A stretch of 60,807 bases of DNA from Sphingomonas sp. (GCA_013361785.1 JABFXK010000040.1:1-60807); one strand, 5' to 3'; positions 10,118 to 20,262 are shown, counted from the first letter of the stretch. The notes: a model not told the origin generated them from the sequence alone. Numbers and translations are program-made.

Positions 10118-10834
10118 TTAAAGGGCGGCCGGGTCAGGCACTCGCTCAACAGCAGCGGCGGAGCCGAGGCCCTTCGTGTCCGGCAGGCGGCGGGCCTCGA
10201 CCAGTGCAATCAGGTCATGCGCCTCGAACCTCGTGCTGCTCATCTCCAGCCCCGCCTGCGCCAGATATTGCTCGGGCCGGCGGTCGAAGCTGGCGCCGAA
10301 CGCCCATTTCGCCCACGGCTCCCAAATCCGCATGATGAAACGGCGCAGCCGACCGTGCGGCCGCCTGTAGTCGAGAAGCCTGAGGATGCCGCCGGGCTTC
10401 AGGACGCGGGACAGTTCGCACAGCGCAGGCGCCTGAAGCTCGTCAGGCAGCGTGCAAAAGAGGAAGGTGGCGACGATCGCGTCGAACGTGGCGTCCGGAT
10501 AGTCGAGGCTGGTGACGTCCATCTGCCTAAGCTGAACAGTCGCGGGCGACTGGCTGCGCCGGCGTTCGGCCCGGTGCAGCATTGCCGGGCTCACATCGAT
10601 TCCGATCACATGCGAACCAGGAGGATAGAAGGGGATGTTGCGGCCGGTGCCGACGCCCGCGTCGAGGATCCGCCCTGCCAGGCCGTCGAAGAGCAAGGGT
10701 CTCAAATGCCGGTAACGGGCATATTCGAAGGGCAGGTCGACGAGATCGTAATATGGCGCGATCCGATCATAGGTCCGACGCCGCCCGGCGCTGTCGCCGG
10801 GAGCCGACGGATGCCCGGATTGCGCAACTACCAC
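10118..10834 (-). CDS. Class I SAM-dependent methyltransferase
   Basis: YDRIAPYYD, ILDAGVGTG, GIDVSPAML, RVLKPGG; GTG start overlapping nrsF stop is inferred. Confidence 0.8.
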   Translation of the reverse strand: MVVAQSGHPSAPGDSAGRRRTYDRIAPYYDLVDLPFEYARYRHLRPLLFDGLAGRILDAGVGTGRNIPFYPPGSHVIGIDVSPAMLHRAERRRSQSPATVQLRQMDVTSLDYPDATFDAIVATFLFCTLPDELQAPALCELSRVLKPGGILRLLDYRRPHGRLRRFIMRIWEPWAKWAFGASFDRRPEQYLAQAGLEMSSTRFEAHDLIALVEARRLPDTKGLGSAAAVERVPDPAAL

Positions 10835-11484
10835 CTGAGCAATCTGGGTCCGGCGAGGAGCCCGATCAGCCCGGCCACAGCGATGCCGAGCGTGTACCAG
10901 GTCGCCAGGAAGGCGGCAGTCGTCTCGGGGCAGAAGAGGGCGTAGACCACCGCCGCGGCCGAACCAGACGCGAGCCCCGCAAGCAGGCCGGCCAGGCGCA
11001 GGTTGGTCGGTGCCATGCGCCTGAACGCCCAGACTATGCCGGCGAGGATCGGAAGCGACAGCCCCGCCGTCGAAAGGATGCAGATCTGCCAGGTCGATCC
11101 AAGCCACTCCGCCTCGCGAAACTGCGGCGCCGTCATTGCGAGTTCCATGATCGCGTTCGCCGCAACGAGAACCGGCGGAACGATGAGCCACAGCAGGCGC
11201 ATTCCGATCCGCTGCCCCGGACGGCCGGCAGCGAGCAGCAGGATAGCGGTCGCTGCCGCCATCGTCGCCGCATAAGCGAGCTTCATGGTGAACGTCGGGA
11301 CCCCGGTGTAGGCGACGGCCGACAAGGGTGCGCGCCACGACAGCCACAGGACCACCAGCGCGACGGCCGCGCCGGCGCCAATGCCGGCCGCCAGCCGGAG
11401 CTGTGCAGCTCCGCGCCGCAGCGGCTTCACATCGGCGGCCAGCGACCGGATGAGGTCTTCAGTTGCGATCATCGTCGTCATCAT
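10828..11484 (-). CDS. nrsF: Anti-sigma factor NrsF (DUF1109)
   Basis: TEDLIRSLAAD start, about six TMs, two Cys (WQIC, ALFCPE), FLATWY; coupled to ECF sigma. Confidence 0.88.
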   Translation of the reverse strand: MMTTMIATEDLIRSLAADVKPLRRGAAQLRLAAGIGAGAAVALVVLWLSWRAPLSAVAYTGVPTFTMKLAYAATMAAATAILLLAAGRPGQRIGMRLLWLIVPPVLVAANAIMELAMTAPQFREAEWLGSTWQICILSTAGLSLPILAGIVWAFRRMAPTNLRLAGLLAGLASGSAAAVVYALFCPETTAAFLATWYTLGIAVAGLIGLLAGPRLLRW

Positions 11485-12016
11485 CTCGTACTTTTGCTGT
11501 CAGTTTCTTTAAGCCCCGGTGGACCCCGATCTTGATCGCCGAAGCCGATTGACCGGACATGTTCGAAGCCTCCTCGACCGAATAGCCGTCGATCCTCGTC
11601 AGCTTGATTGCCTGCCGGTGCTTCGGCGGGAGCTGGCCGAGCATCCTCTCAAGGTCGATCGCAGCGAGCGCCGGCTCGAAACCGTCCTCCGCCACGAGCT
11701 CGCCCACGTCATCCAGCTCGACGTGCCGGCGAACGCCGGCGCGCCGGTAATGGTCGATGAGCTTGTATTTGGCGATCGCGTGCAGCCAGGCCGTGAACGG
11801 CAGCGCGCTATTGTAGCTCTCGCGCCGTTCGTGGATGGCGATCAACGTCTCCTGCACCAGATCCTCCAAGTCGGGCGCATCGCCCCCAAGGCGACGCGCG
11901 TAATAGCTTCTGAGGCGCGCGGCGGCCGCAAGGAGCAGCTGCTGATGTGCCCTTGCGTCGCCAGCGAGGCCAGCAAGCATCAGCACTTTCAGCTCCATCT
12001 CGACCCGATCCGCCAA
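11459..12016 (-). CDS. sigF: ECF sigma factor, SigF (ECF16) type
   Basis: MLAGLAGD, EDLVQETLIAIH, PFTAWLHAIAKYKLID, IKIGVHRGLKKL; paired with nrsF. Confidence 0.88.
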   Translation of the reverse strand: MADRVEMELKVLMLAGLAGDARAHQQLLLAAAARLRSYYARRLGGDAPDLEDLVQETLIAIHERRESYNSALPFTAWLHAIAKYKLIDHYRRAGVRRHVELDDVGELVAEDGFEPALAAIDLERMLGQLPPKHRQAIKLTRIDGYSVEEASNMSGQSASAIKIGVHRGLKKLTAKVRDDDDDDRN

Positions 12017-12033
12017 GCGTCATTGCTCCTTAA

Positions 12034-12060
12034 TTCGCTGGAGACGCCCCGAACGTTACA
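12034..12060 (-). promoter_or_regulatory. SigF-type promoter of sigF-nrsF (autoregulation)
   Basis: TGTAACG-N16-CGAA. Confidence 0.8.
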
Positions 12061-12114
12061 CCCGCCCAACAAGGACCGGCAATTGCAGTCGCGGCGGCAT
12101 TCTTCGTGGAAGGG

Positions 12115-12141
12115 CGTAACCGATCGGCCAGATCGCGCGAA
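12115..12141 (+). promoter_or_regulatory. SigF-type promoter of the bufferin operon
   Basis: CGTAACC-N16-CGAA. Confidence 0.82.
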
Positions 12142-12189
12142 CTTCAGGATCGCACCACATGGTGTGACACGCGAATGGAGACTCTTGAA

Positions 12190-12474
12190 ATGACACGCAC
12201 GCAACTGGCCGCTGCCGCGGCCGCGCTCTCGATGGTCGGCGCCACCGCGGCGATCGCTCAATCCAACATGATGAAGCCGATCCCCGGCGGGATGGAACGC
12301 TGTTACGGCGTCGCGCTCGCCGGCCACAATGACTGCAAGGCCGGTCCGGGCACGACGTGCGCCGGCACCTCGAAGGTCAATTACCAGGGCAATGCCTTCA
12401 AGGTGGTCAAGGCCGGCACCTGCACGAAGATCAAGACCCCCAAGGGTCACGGCTCCCTCACGCCGACGGCCTGA
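12190..12474 (+). CDS. bufA1: Bufferin precursor, BufA1/DUF2282 family
   Basis: Signal peptide then [26 protein letters not shown]...GTC (4 Cys). Confidence 0.9.
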   Translation: MTRTQLAAAAAALSMVGATAAIAQSNMMKPIPGGMERCYGVALAGHNDCKAGPGTTCAGTSKVNYQGNAFKVVKAGTCTKIKTPKGHGSLTPTA

Positions 12475-12477
12475 CGC

Positions 12478-13314
12478 ATGGACCTCACCGCCGGAGTGGG
12501 CTTCAAGCCCGAGCATTTCGAAGAGGCGGTCGCCTCTCCGGCGGAAGGGCTGTGGTTCGAGGTCCACGCCGAAAATTATATGGTCGAAGGCGGGCCGCGC
12601 CTCGCGATGCTCGAAACACTTCGCTCGGCGCGGCCGCTGTCGCTGCACGGCGTCGGCCTGTCGCTCGCCGGAACCGATGCGCCGGACCCGCATCATCTTC
12701 AAAAGCTCCGGCAGCTCATTGATCGGTTCGAGCCGGCGCTCGTGTCCGAGCATCTCGCCTGGAGCCGAATCAACGGCTGGTATTTCTCCGACCTCCTGCC
12801 GTTTCCGCGCATGCATCGCATGCTGGACGTGATCGCCCGCAACATTGGGATAACGCAGGAGGCTCTGGGCCGGCCGATCTCGGTCGAGAACCCCTCGCTC
12901 TACGTCAATTTCGAAGGGCATGACTGGAACGAGACCGACTTCCTCGAGGAACTTGTCCGCCGCACCGGGTGCGGGCTCCTCGTCGATGCGAACAACATCC
13001 ACGTCAGCGCGAACAATCTGGGCTTTGCGCCGCTCGACTATATTGAGGCCCTGCCCTCCGCGGCCGTCACCGAGATCCATCTCGCCGGGTTCAGCACGGA
13101 CCCGGAGCTCGGCGCGACCCTGCTCATCGACAGCCACGACCAGCCCATATCCGAGATCGTCTGGGCGCTTTACGACCAGCTTCTCGAGCGCATCGGCCCT
13201 AGACCGACGCTGGTCGAGCGCGACGGCAACATCCCGCCGTTCGGCGAGCTGATGCACGAGCGGGACCGGGCGGCCGCACGGCTCGGCGCCTATGCGGAGC
13301 TCGAGCATGCGTGA
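12478..13314 (+). CDS. bufB: DUF692 multinuclear non-heme iron oxidase (bufferin maturase)
   Basis: EVHAENYM, LHGVGLSL, SEHLAW, VENPS, EIHLAG, IDSH, LVERD. Confidence 0.92.
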   Translation: MDLTAGVGFKPEHFEEAVASPAEGLWFEVHAENYMVEGGPRLAMLETLRSARPLSLHGVGLSLAGTDAPDPHHLQKLRQLIDRFEPALVSEHLAWSRINGWYFSDLLPFPRMHRMLDVIARNIGITQEALGRPISVENPSLYVNFEGHDWNETDFLEELVRRTGCGLLVDANNIHVSANNLGFAPLDYIEALPSAAVTEIHLAGFSTDPELGATLLIDSHDQPISEIVWALYDQLLERIGPRPTLVERDGNIPPFGELMHERDRAAARLGAYAELEHA

Positions 13315-14068
13315 CGGCGCGCCATTCCAGCGATGGTTCGCGCGGGCGATCACCGCAGGGCGCGCGCCCACCGAGTTGCCCGCGGCCTTTGCCGTCTATC
13401 GCAACACCTGGCTGCAGGGGCTGCTCGACGCACTCGGCAGCAATTTTCCGGTCGTGGCGATGCTGCTCGGCGATGATTTGTTCGAGGCCGTCGCGCTGGA
13501 GTTCGCTCGCGCCCATCCAGCCTCGACGCCCGTACTCGCATTATACGGCGAGGAGTTTCCCGACTTCCTTCAGCTGCACGAGGTCGGCCGCGAGATCCCC
13601 TATCTCAGCGATGTCGCGCGGCTCGAACGGCTCTGGACCGAGTGCTTCTTCGCGCCCGATGCGCCGGTCCTCGAAGAACAGGATTATGCGCGCCTGACAC
13701 CGTCGCATCTGGTGAAGCTGAGCGCGCGGCTGCATCCCGGGACCCGCCTCGGGCGCTTCGAGACGCCGGCGGTCACGATCTGGCAGGCGCATCGCTCCGA
13801 TGAAGCTTTCGAAGAATTCGAGCCCGAGTGGAGAGCCGAGCGAGCCCTCGTGACCCGCGGCGGCGGCGGGGTCGTCGTGACGCTGATCGACGAGCCGACG
13901 TTCCACATGCTCCGCGCGATCAAGAGCGGCCGCTCGCTCGGCTCGGCGATCAGCGCGACGGCCGAAGCTTATCCTGGAGCGGATCTGTCGAGGGCGCTTT
14001 CCACCATCATTTCAACGGCCGCTTTGTCGGTCGGAATATCGGAGGACAACAGACCATGGCAAGCCTAG
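13307..14068 (+). CDS. bufC: DUF2063 partner protein of the MNIO
   Basis: FAVYRN, FPVVAMLLG, YGEEFPDFL, YLSDVARLE; follows DUF692. Confidence 0.85.
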   Translation: MRDGAPFQRWFARAITAGRAPTELPAAFAVYRNTWLQGLLDALGSNFPVVAMLLGDDLFEAVALEFARAHPASTPVLALYGEEFPDFLQLHEVGREIPYLSDVARLERLWTECFFAPDAPVLEEQDYARLTPSHLVKLSARLHPGTRLGRFETPAVTIWQAHRSDEAFEEFEPEWRAERALVTRGGGGVVVTLIDEPTFHMLRAIKSGRSLGSAISATAEAYPGADLSRALSTIISTAALSVGISEDNRPWQA

Positions 14069-14517
14069 CTGAAGAGCGGCCCGGATGGCGCTCGCCGTTC
14101 CGCCTGTTCGCGCGCCTGGCCGAGAAGTCGACGCCGGCCTGGCTGATCCCCTTGGTGCAGCGCCTCGGCATCGCCGGCGTGTTCTTCATGTCGGGCCGGT
14201 CCAAGGTCGATGGGCTATTCCACCTGACCGACGGCACCTTCTATCTGTTCCAGACCGACTACCGGCTGCCGTTCATCGACCCCGTTCCCGCGGCCTATAT
14301 CGCCGCCACCTCGGAACATATCTTCCCGATCCTGCTCGTGCTCGGCCTTTTCACGAGGGTTTCGGCGACGGCGCTGTTCATCATGACCCTGACCATCGAG
14401 ATCTTCGTCTATCCCGACGCCTGGCCGACGCACTTGAGCTGGGCGGCGATCCTGATCCCGCTGATTACCCGGGGAGGCGGAAAGCTCTCGCTCGATCGGC
14501 TGCTTCGAGTTCCATGA
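14056..14517 (+). CDS. bufD: DoxX family membrane protein
   Basis: VFFMSGRSKV, LLVLGLFTR, FVYPDAWPTHLSW, GGGKLSLD. Confidence 0.85.
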   Translation: MASLAEERPGWRSPFRLFARLAEKSTPAWLIPLVQRLGIAGVFFMSGRSKVDGLFHLTDGTFYLFQTDYRLPFIDPVPAAYIAATSEHIFPILLVLGLFTRVSATALFIMTLTIEIFVYPDAWPTHLSWAAILIPLITRGGGKLSLDRLLRVP

Positions 14518-14571
14518 CGATGAACAGGGAACGCCGGCGCGCCGGGCCTATTGAGCTTTAAGAGGTGAGAG

Positions 14572-15615
14572 ATGAGCAAGGTCGACATCGTCAAGGATTA
14601 TTACGGCAAGCAGCTCGGCGGGTCGGCCGACCTCAAGACGTCGGCCTGCTGCGACGTTTCGGACCTGCCGGAATGGTTGAGGCCGCTGCTCGCGCGCGTT
14701 CATTCAGAGGTCCGCGAGCGTTATTATGGCTGCGGGATGGTGGTCCCGCCGCTGATCGAGGGCGCACGCGTCCTCGACCTTGGCTGCGGAAGCGGCCGCG
14801 ACAGCTTCCTTCTCGCGCAGCTGGTGGGACCGGAAGGCTCGGTGGTCGGCGTCGACATGACCGACGAGCAGCTGGCGGTCGCCGAAGCCCATCGCGACCA
14901 TCATGCGGAAAAGTTCGGCTATGCCAACGTGCACTTCCTGAAAGGCTATATCGAGCGCCTGGGCGACCTTCCAATCGAGCCCGCCAGTTTCGACGTCATC
15001 GTCTCCAACTGCGTCATCAATCTCTCGGAGGACAAGGGCGCGGTGCTGGACGGAGTGCGCCGGCTGCTCAAGTCCGGCGGCGAGTTCTACTTTTCCGACG
15101 TCTATGCCGACCGCCGCGTTCCGCGCGAGGTCCGCGAGGATCCGGTGCTCTACGGCGAATGTCTGGGCGGCGCGCTCTACTGGAACGACTTCCGCCGACT
15201 GGCACAGGCCAGCGGATTTGCCGACCCGCGCCTCGTCGAGGACCGACCGCTGTCAGTGAACGATCCCAGGCTCCGGTCGAAGACGGCCGGCATCGGCTTT
15301 CATTCGGCCACCTACCGCTTGTTCGCGATCGACGCGCTCGAGGACGCGTGCGAGGATTTCGGCCAGGCAGTCGCCTACAAGGGCACGATCCCGCATCACC
15401 CGCATGCATTCACGCTCGACAAGCATCACCGGTTCGAGACCGGCCGCATATTCCCGGTCTGCGGAAACAGCTTCCGGATGCTCAAGGAGACGCGCTTCGC
15501 TTCCCACTTCGATTTCGTCGGGGATTTCGGGCGTCACTTCGGCATCTTCGCTGGGTGCGGCACGGACGTTCCGTTCGACCATGAGGAGAAGAGCGTTTCG
15601 GCGGGATGCTGCTGA
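14572..15615 (+). CDS. arsM: Arsenite S-adenosylmethionine methyltransferase-like
   Basis: LKTSACC, RYYGCG, LDLGCGSGRD, SNCVINL, GECLGGALYW, C-terminal CC. Confidence 0.78.
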   Translation: MSKVDIVKDYYGKQLGGSADLKTSACCDVSDLPEWLRPLLARVHSEVRERYYGCGMVVPPLIEGARVLDLGCGSGRDSFLLAQLVGPEGSVVGVDMTDEQLAVAEAHRDHHAEKFGYANVHFLKGYIERLGDLPIEPASFDVIVSNCVINLSEDKGAVLDGVRRLLKSGGEFYFSDVYADRRVPREVREDPVLYGECLGGALYWNDFRRLAQASGFADPRLVEDRPLSVNDPRLRSKTAGIGFHSATYRLFAIDALEDACEDFGQAVAYKGTIPHHPHAFTLDKHHRFETGRIFPVCGNSFRMLKETRFASHFDFVGDFGRHFGIFAGCGTDVPFDHEEKSVSAGCC

Positions 15616-16724
15616 TGCAGCCTTTGGTCATCCTGATCCTGATCGGCGCCTTGTTCGTCGGCTTCAGCAATGGCGCGAACGACAATTTCAAGGGCTTCGC
15701 CACTGTCTGGGGCTCGCATTCGCTGAGCTACAGACGCGCGCTCGCACTGGCGACAGTGGCGACCGTTGCCGGCGGCCTAGCGTCCGTGATCCTGGCGCAC
15801 GGTCTCGTGCAACAATTCTCGGGCAAGGGCCTGGTCCCTGCCGGCGTCGTCGCAAACCCCGCGTTTATTGCGGCGGTCGCCATCGGCGCCGCGATAACGG
15901 TCATTGCGGCAACGCGGATCGGCATGCCGGTTTCGACCACGCACGCGCTGCTGGGTGGCCTCGTCGGCGCAAGCCTCGCGCTCGGCGCGACATCGATCAA
16001 CTGGCGCTCGCTTGGCGACAGTTTCGTCCTGCCGCTTGTCGCAAGCCCGGTCATTGCCGCGATCCTCGGCATCTCGGTCTACAGCATCGTCTCGCGCTTT
16101 CGTTCCGAGGCCGATTGCGCCTGTGTCGTGCAGGATGATCCCCGGATTGCCGACGTGGCCAGCATGGCGGCCGTGGCCGGCCCCGGACTTCCGTCGATCG
16201 CCTGCGGGCGGATAAACGAATGCGACCGCATGCCCGGCGTCACGGCCCGTGTCGAGATTCCCAAGGTCTTCGACCAAATCCATGTGCTTTCCGCGTCCGC
16301 GATCTGCTTTGCCCGGGCCGTGAACGACACGCCCAAGCTCGCCGCGCTCCTCATTGCGGCAAGCGTTGTCGGCCCCCAATATTCGGCCGCGCTGATCGCC
16401 ATCGCCATGGCCATCGGAGGGCTGCTGCTCGCGCGGCGCGTCGCGGAAACGATGAGCCTCAGGATCAACCGCCTGGACCATGCGCAGGGGATCAGCGCCA
16501 ACCTGATCACCGCAATCCTCGTGATCTTTGCCAGCCGATGGGGACTGCCCGTCTCGACGACTCACGTGTCGGTCGGCTCAATCTCCGGCGTGGGAGCGCG
16601 GGCAGGAACGCTCGATTGGCCGGCGCTCCGTGCGGTGCTTTTGTCCTGGGTTGCAACATTGCCGTTCGCCGCAGGGGCGGCCTGGGTCGCGGCAATGGTC
16701 CTGAACGTCACCGGTGCCCTGTGA
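15615..16724 (+). CDS. PiT-family inorganic phosphate transporter
   Basis: NGANDN and two PVSTTH motifs; Cys-containing central loop. Confidence 0.82.
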   Translation: MQPLVILILIGALFVGFSNGANDNFKGFATVWGSHSLSYRRALALATVATVAGGLASVILAHGLVQQFSGKGLVPAGVVANPAFIAAVAIGAAITVIAATRIGMPVSTTHALLGGLVGASLALGATSINWRSLGDSFVLPLVASPVIAAILGISVYSIVSRFRSEADCACVVQDDPRIADVASMAAVAGPGLPSIACGRINECDRMPGVTARVEIPKVFDQIHVLSASAICFARAVNDTPKLAALLIAASVVGPQYSAALIAIAMAIGGLLLARRVAETMSLRINRLDHAQGISANLITAILVIFASRWGLPVSTTHVSVGSISGVGARAGTLDWPALRAVLLSWVATLPFAAGAAWVAAMVLNVTGAL

Positions 16725-17596
16725 GCGAATGGGTCATCGGCGTTCTTGGCGGATCGGGTCTCTACGGGGTCGATGCGCTCGACGATCCGGAATGGGTCAG
16801 CATTGACACGCCATGGGGTTCGCCCTCGGACGCGTTGCTGTCGGGCCGGATCCAGGGAGTGAAGTTTTTCTTCCTGCCGCGGCATGGCCGCGGGCATCGG
16901 CTCCCGCCGGCGGACGTCAACGCCCGCGCGAATGTAGATGCACTGAAGCGGCTCGGGTGCACCGACCTGCTGGCCGTGTCCGCCGTCGGCTCGCTCAAAC
17001 AGGAGCTGGAGCCCGGCCGGTTCGTCATCGTCGATCAGTTCATCGACCAGACCCGCTCGCGCGGGACAAGCTTCTTCGGACCGGGCCTCGTCGCGCACGT
17101 GTCGATGGCCGATCCGGTCTGTCCGCGGCTTTCGGCGCTTGCGGCAGGCGCGGCCCGGGCCGCCGGCGCAAACGTGACCCAGGGCTCAACCTATCTCGCC
17201 ATCGACGGGCCGCAGCTTTCGACACGGGCCGAAAGCCGGCTCTATCACGCGTCAGCCTGCGACGTGATTGGGATGACGGCCATGCCCGAGGCCAAGCTCG
17301 CGCGCGAGGCGGAGCTTCCCTACGCGCTGGTGGGCATGGTCACTGACTATGACTGCTGGCATGAGGAGGAGGAGCCGGTCCAGGTCTCGACCGTCATCGC
17401 CCAGCTCAAGGCGAACGCCGCAACCGCCACGCGAATGATCGAAGCATTGGCGGAGATCCTGCCACCCGAGCGCACGCCATGTCCGCTGGACAATGTGCTC
17501 GACAGCGCGATCGTCACGGCTCCTGACGCAAGGGACCCCGCCCTGGTCGCAAAGCTCGATGCGGTCGCCGGCCGCTGGCTCCGGACTCAGTCGTAG
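16721..17596 (+). CDS. mtnP: S-methyl-5'-thioadenosine phosphorylase
   Basis: GVLGGSGLY, PRHGRGH, GPQLSTRAES, GMTAMPEAKLAREAEL, TDYDCW. Confidence 0.9.
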   Translation: MSEWVIGVLGGSGLYGVDALDDPEWVSIDTPWGSPSDALLSGRIQGVKFFFLPRHGRGHRLPPADVNARANVDALKRLGCTDLLAVSAVGSLKQELEPGRFVIVDQFIDQTRSRGTSFFGPGLVAHVSMADPVCPRLSALAAGAARAAGANVTQGSTYLAIDGPQLSTRAESRLYHASACDVIGMTAMPEAKLAREAELPYALVGMVTDYDCWHEEEEPVQVSTVIAQLKANAATATRMIEALAEILPPERTPCPLDNVLDSAIVTAPDARDPALVAKLDAVAGRWLRTQS

Positions 17597-18243
17597 AGCT
17601 CGGCCAGCCGGTGCGGCGCAACCCCGGCCCTGTAGAGCAGAAGATAGAGAAAGTTGCGCGCAGAGCGGCGGAGCCAGCCATCGCGATGCCAGCGTTCGGC
17701 CGACGTCACCGCATCAACCGGCAACGATGTCATCCGGCTTCGGCCGACCCGCCGCACCAGCTCGACATCCTCCATGAGGGGTAATGGCCGAAAGCCGCCG
17801 ATGTCGTCATAAAGGTTGCGGGAGATGAGCACCCCCTGGTCGCCATATGGCAGCTTGAGAATGGCCGATCTCAGGGCAACCGCCTTCTCGACAATGCGGG
17901 CGCGCCAATCCTGTGAATCCAGCCGGAAGCGAAAGTAGGCCGCGCTGCCCCGCATGCTCGCCATGTGAAGATCCGCCGCGTCGCGCCAGCCGGGTGCGAG
18001 CAATGTGTCGGCGTGGAGGAACAAAAGCCAGTCGCCCTGGGCGGCAAGCGCGCCGGCATGAAGCTGGGCACCGCGTCCGCGGCTGCTGCGGACCAGCCTT
18101 GCGCCGGCTCGTTCGGCCATTGCCGCCGTGTCGTCGGACGACTCTCCGTCCACCACGAGAATTTCATCGGCCTCGCTCACGGCAGCAAGGCAGCCGGGGA
18201 GCGTTCGCTCAGCATTGAGGGTCGGGATCACGACCGAGAGCAT
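17587..18243 (-). CDS. TIGR04283-family GT2 glycosyltransferase
   Basis: MLSVVIPTLNAE, WLLFLHADT, PYGDQG, PLMEDV, TSAERW. Confidence 0.88.
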   Translation of the reverse strand: MLSVVIPTLNAERTLPGCLAAVSEADEILVVDGESSDDTAAMAERAGARLVRSSRGRGAQLHAGALAAQGDWLLFLHADTLLAPGWRDAADLHMASMRGSAAYFRFRLDSQDWRARIVEKAVALRSAILKLPYGDQGVLISRNLYDDIGGFRPLPLMEDVELVRRVGRSRMTSLPVDAVTSAERWHRDGWLRRSARNFLYLLLYRAGVAPHRLAELYD

Positions 18244-18244
18244 G

Positions 18245-19204
18245 TCAACCCGAGCAGCTGGCGCCGCCAAGGACGCAAAAGCGCGCGCAATGCGGATGAT
18301 TGAGGGACACGGAGCCGCGCGCTTCGTCCAGGCTCGACCCAAGCGCAAAACGAGGATCATGGGGAAGCAATGTGCAGGCAACGACATGCGGCCGCTCGTC
18401 GCCCCTGGACTTCACCACCATCCGGCTCGAGGCACACATCGGCGAGGACGGAGAGACGCCAAGAATGTCCCAGCAGGCGGTGCTGATCTCCGGCACGTCG
18501 GCGCTTTCGTCCATCTCCGGGAAAAGCACGAGTCCACCCGCCACTTCGGCGCCGATTTCCGCAAAGAGCCGGTCGTATCCTGCCTTCGCGCTGTCCAGGC
18601 TCTCGCCGGGCAACTGCCGCCCGGCGACCGCGACCCGGAATCCGGTGTCGGAGAGCCAGCACAAGCCTTCGATGGCCTTCGCCCAGGTTCCGGCCCCGCG
18701 CTCCTGTTCGTGGAGATCCCTCGTATAATGATCGAGGCTGACGCGGATCGTCAGGCGCTCGCGGGCGTAGGGCTGGAGCGCGGCCTTGAAGCGCCACATC
18801 GGGCGCATGGCGTTGGTGAGCACGAGCACCTCGAACCCGCGCCTCAGCGCCGCCGCGATCATGTCGACAATATCCCGGTTCATGAACGGCTCGCCGCCGG
18901 TGAAGCCGATCTCCCGCACGCCGAGCCGCCCGGCCTGGTCAAGATAGTTCTCGACTTCGGAAAGCGTCAGATAGACCAGCGAATCATTGGTCGGCGAGCT
19001 TTCGATGTAGCAGCTCTTGCACGTCAGATTGCAGAGCGTTCCCGTATTGACCCACAGCGTCTTCAGCCGCTCCAGCCTCACGAAGGCGCGGCGCTCGCCT
19101 TTTGCGGTGACGTGAGGGCTACGGAACTTGGCCGGGTCGAGCGGGCGCGCTTCCCGCAGAAGGAATGGAGAGAGGGGCTCGGATACTGGAGCGGTGGCGA
19201 TCAT
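18245..19204 (-). CDS. Radical SAM protein, ArsS-related
   Basis: TLWVNTGTLCNLTCKSCYIESSP (CxxxCxxC), FTGGEP, C-terminal Cys cluster HPHCARFCVLGGASC; ATG 19204 chosen because of RBS and promoter position. Confidence 0.85.
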   Translation of the reverse strand: MIATAPVSEPLSPFLLREARPLDPAKFRSPHVTAKGERRAFVRLERLKTLWVNTGTLCNLTCKSCYIESSPTNDSLVYLTLSEVENYLDQAGRLGVREIGFTGGEPFMNRDIVDMIAAALRRGFEVLVLTNAMRPMWRFKAALQPYARERLTIRVSLDHYTRDLHEQERGAGTWAKAIEGLCWLSDTGFRVAVAGRQLPGESLDSAKAGYDRLFAEIGAEVAGGLVLFPEMDESADVPEISTACWDILGVSPSSPMCASSRMVVKSRGDERPHVVACTLLPHDPRFALGSSLDEARGSVSLNHPHCARFCVLGGASCSG

Positions 19205-19239
19205 CTCTCTCCTCATCTTGCCGGTACCAACGTCTGTCA

Positions 19240-19266
19240 TTCGAACGAGACCCGTTCGGGGTTACA
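19240..19266 (-). promoter_or_regulatory. SigF-type promoter of radical SAM-GT operon
   Basis: TGTAACC-N16-CGAA. Confidence 0.8.
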
Positions 19267-19331
19267 GTGACCGCGAGAGAAGCCAGGCAATCCTTGGCGG
19301 CTGCAATTCGCCTCCTCGACGCGCTTGCAAT

Positions 19332-19346
19332 TGCGAATTAGTCGCA
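19332..19346. promoter_or_regulatory. Candidate Fur-type box
   Basis: Dyad TGCGA-ATTAG-TCGCA 38 nt upstream of 19384. Confidence 0.45.
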
Positions 19347-19383
19347 TTAGCGAAAAGCACACAGCAAGATACAAGGGGTAAAC

Positions 19384-20250
19384 ATGAAGCGTTTGATGGT
19401 GCTGGGCCTCGGCCTGGCAGGCGTGGCTGCAACTCCGGCCCAGGCCGACGAGCAATATTTCGGCTACACCTACAGCGCCGAGGTGCTTGGTAAGGGCCAG
19501 ACCGAGGTGGAGCTTTGGGCGACCGATCGCCGCGGCAAGGCCGACGGCCACTATGATGCTCAGGATTACCGGATCGAGCTGGAGCACGGCTTCACCGATC
19601 GCCTCACCGTTTCCGGCTACGCCAATTTCGTCAGCCATCACATCCGCGGGAACCCGGAACTCGACCGTACCGACCGTGATTTCGCCTTCCAGGGTCTCTC
19701 GACCGAGTTCAAATATAATGTGTTGAGCCCGTACAAGAACGGCTTGGGACTCACCCTCTACGCCGAGCCCGGCTGGTCGCGAATTCACAGCGTCGAGGGC
19801 AAGAAGGGCACCGAATATGAGCTCGAGCTGAAGGCGATCCTCCAGAAGAACTTCATGGACGACCGCCTCATCTGGGCCGCGAATTTCACATTCGAGCCAG
19901 AGTGGGAGCGCGAGGTGGAGACTGATGCGGTCACTGGGGCGGTTGAGAAGGAGTGGGAAAAGGAACTCAAGCTCGAGGCGTCGACCGGTTTGTCCTATCG
20001 CGTCGCGCCGGGATGGTACGCCGGGGTCGAAGGCCGCTACGCGAGCGTCTATCCCGACTGGACGCACGGACTCCACCGCGAGACCTATGCGGTCTTCGCT
20101 GGCCCGGCGATCCACTATGGCGGCAAGAAGTGGTGGGCGACCTTGTCGTACCAACCACAACTGTTCGGTTCGCCAAGCCCCGGCCGAAGCCTCGCCCTAG
20201 ACGAATATGAGAAGCGCGAGCTTCGGCTGAAGATCGGCTACGATTTCTAG
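19384..20250 (+). CDS. Outer-membrane beta-barrel-like protein (DUF6662-like)
   Basis: Signal peptide, FGYTYSAEVLGKG, amphipathic strands, C-terminal Phe. Confidence 0.7.
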   Translation: MKRLMVLGLGLAGVAATPAQADEQYFGYTYSAEVLGKGQTEVELWATDRRGKADGHYDAQDYRIELEHGFTDRLTVSGYANFVSHHIRGNPELDRTDRDFAFQGLSTEFKYNVLSPYKNGLGLTLYAEPGWSRIHSVEGKKGTEYELELKAILQKNFMDDRLIWAANFTFEPEWEREVETDAVTGAVEKEWEKELKLEASTGLSYRVAPGWYAGVEGRYASVYPDWTHGLHRETYAVFAGPAIHYGGKKWWATLSYQPQLFGSPSPGRSLALDEYEKRELRLKIGYDF

Positions 20251-20262
20251 GGGAGCACGGCG

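Noticed and set aside
15600-18260. Selenocysteine read-through at the TGA stops of arsM (GCC-TGA) and radical SAM (SCSG-TGA)
   Set aside because: Both TGAs overlap or abut the next start codon, typical of translational coupling; no SECIS evident
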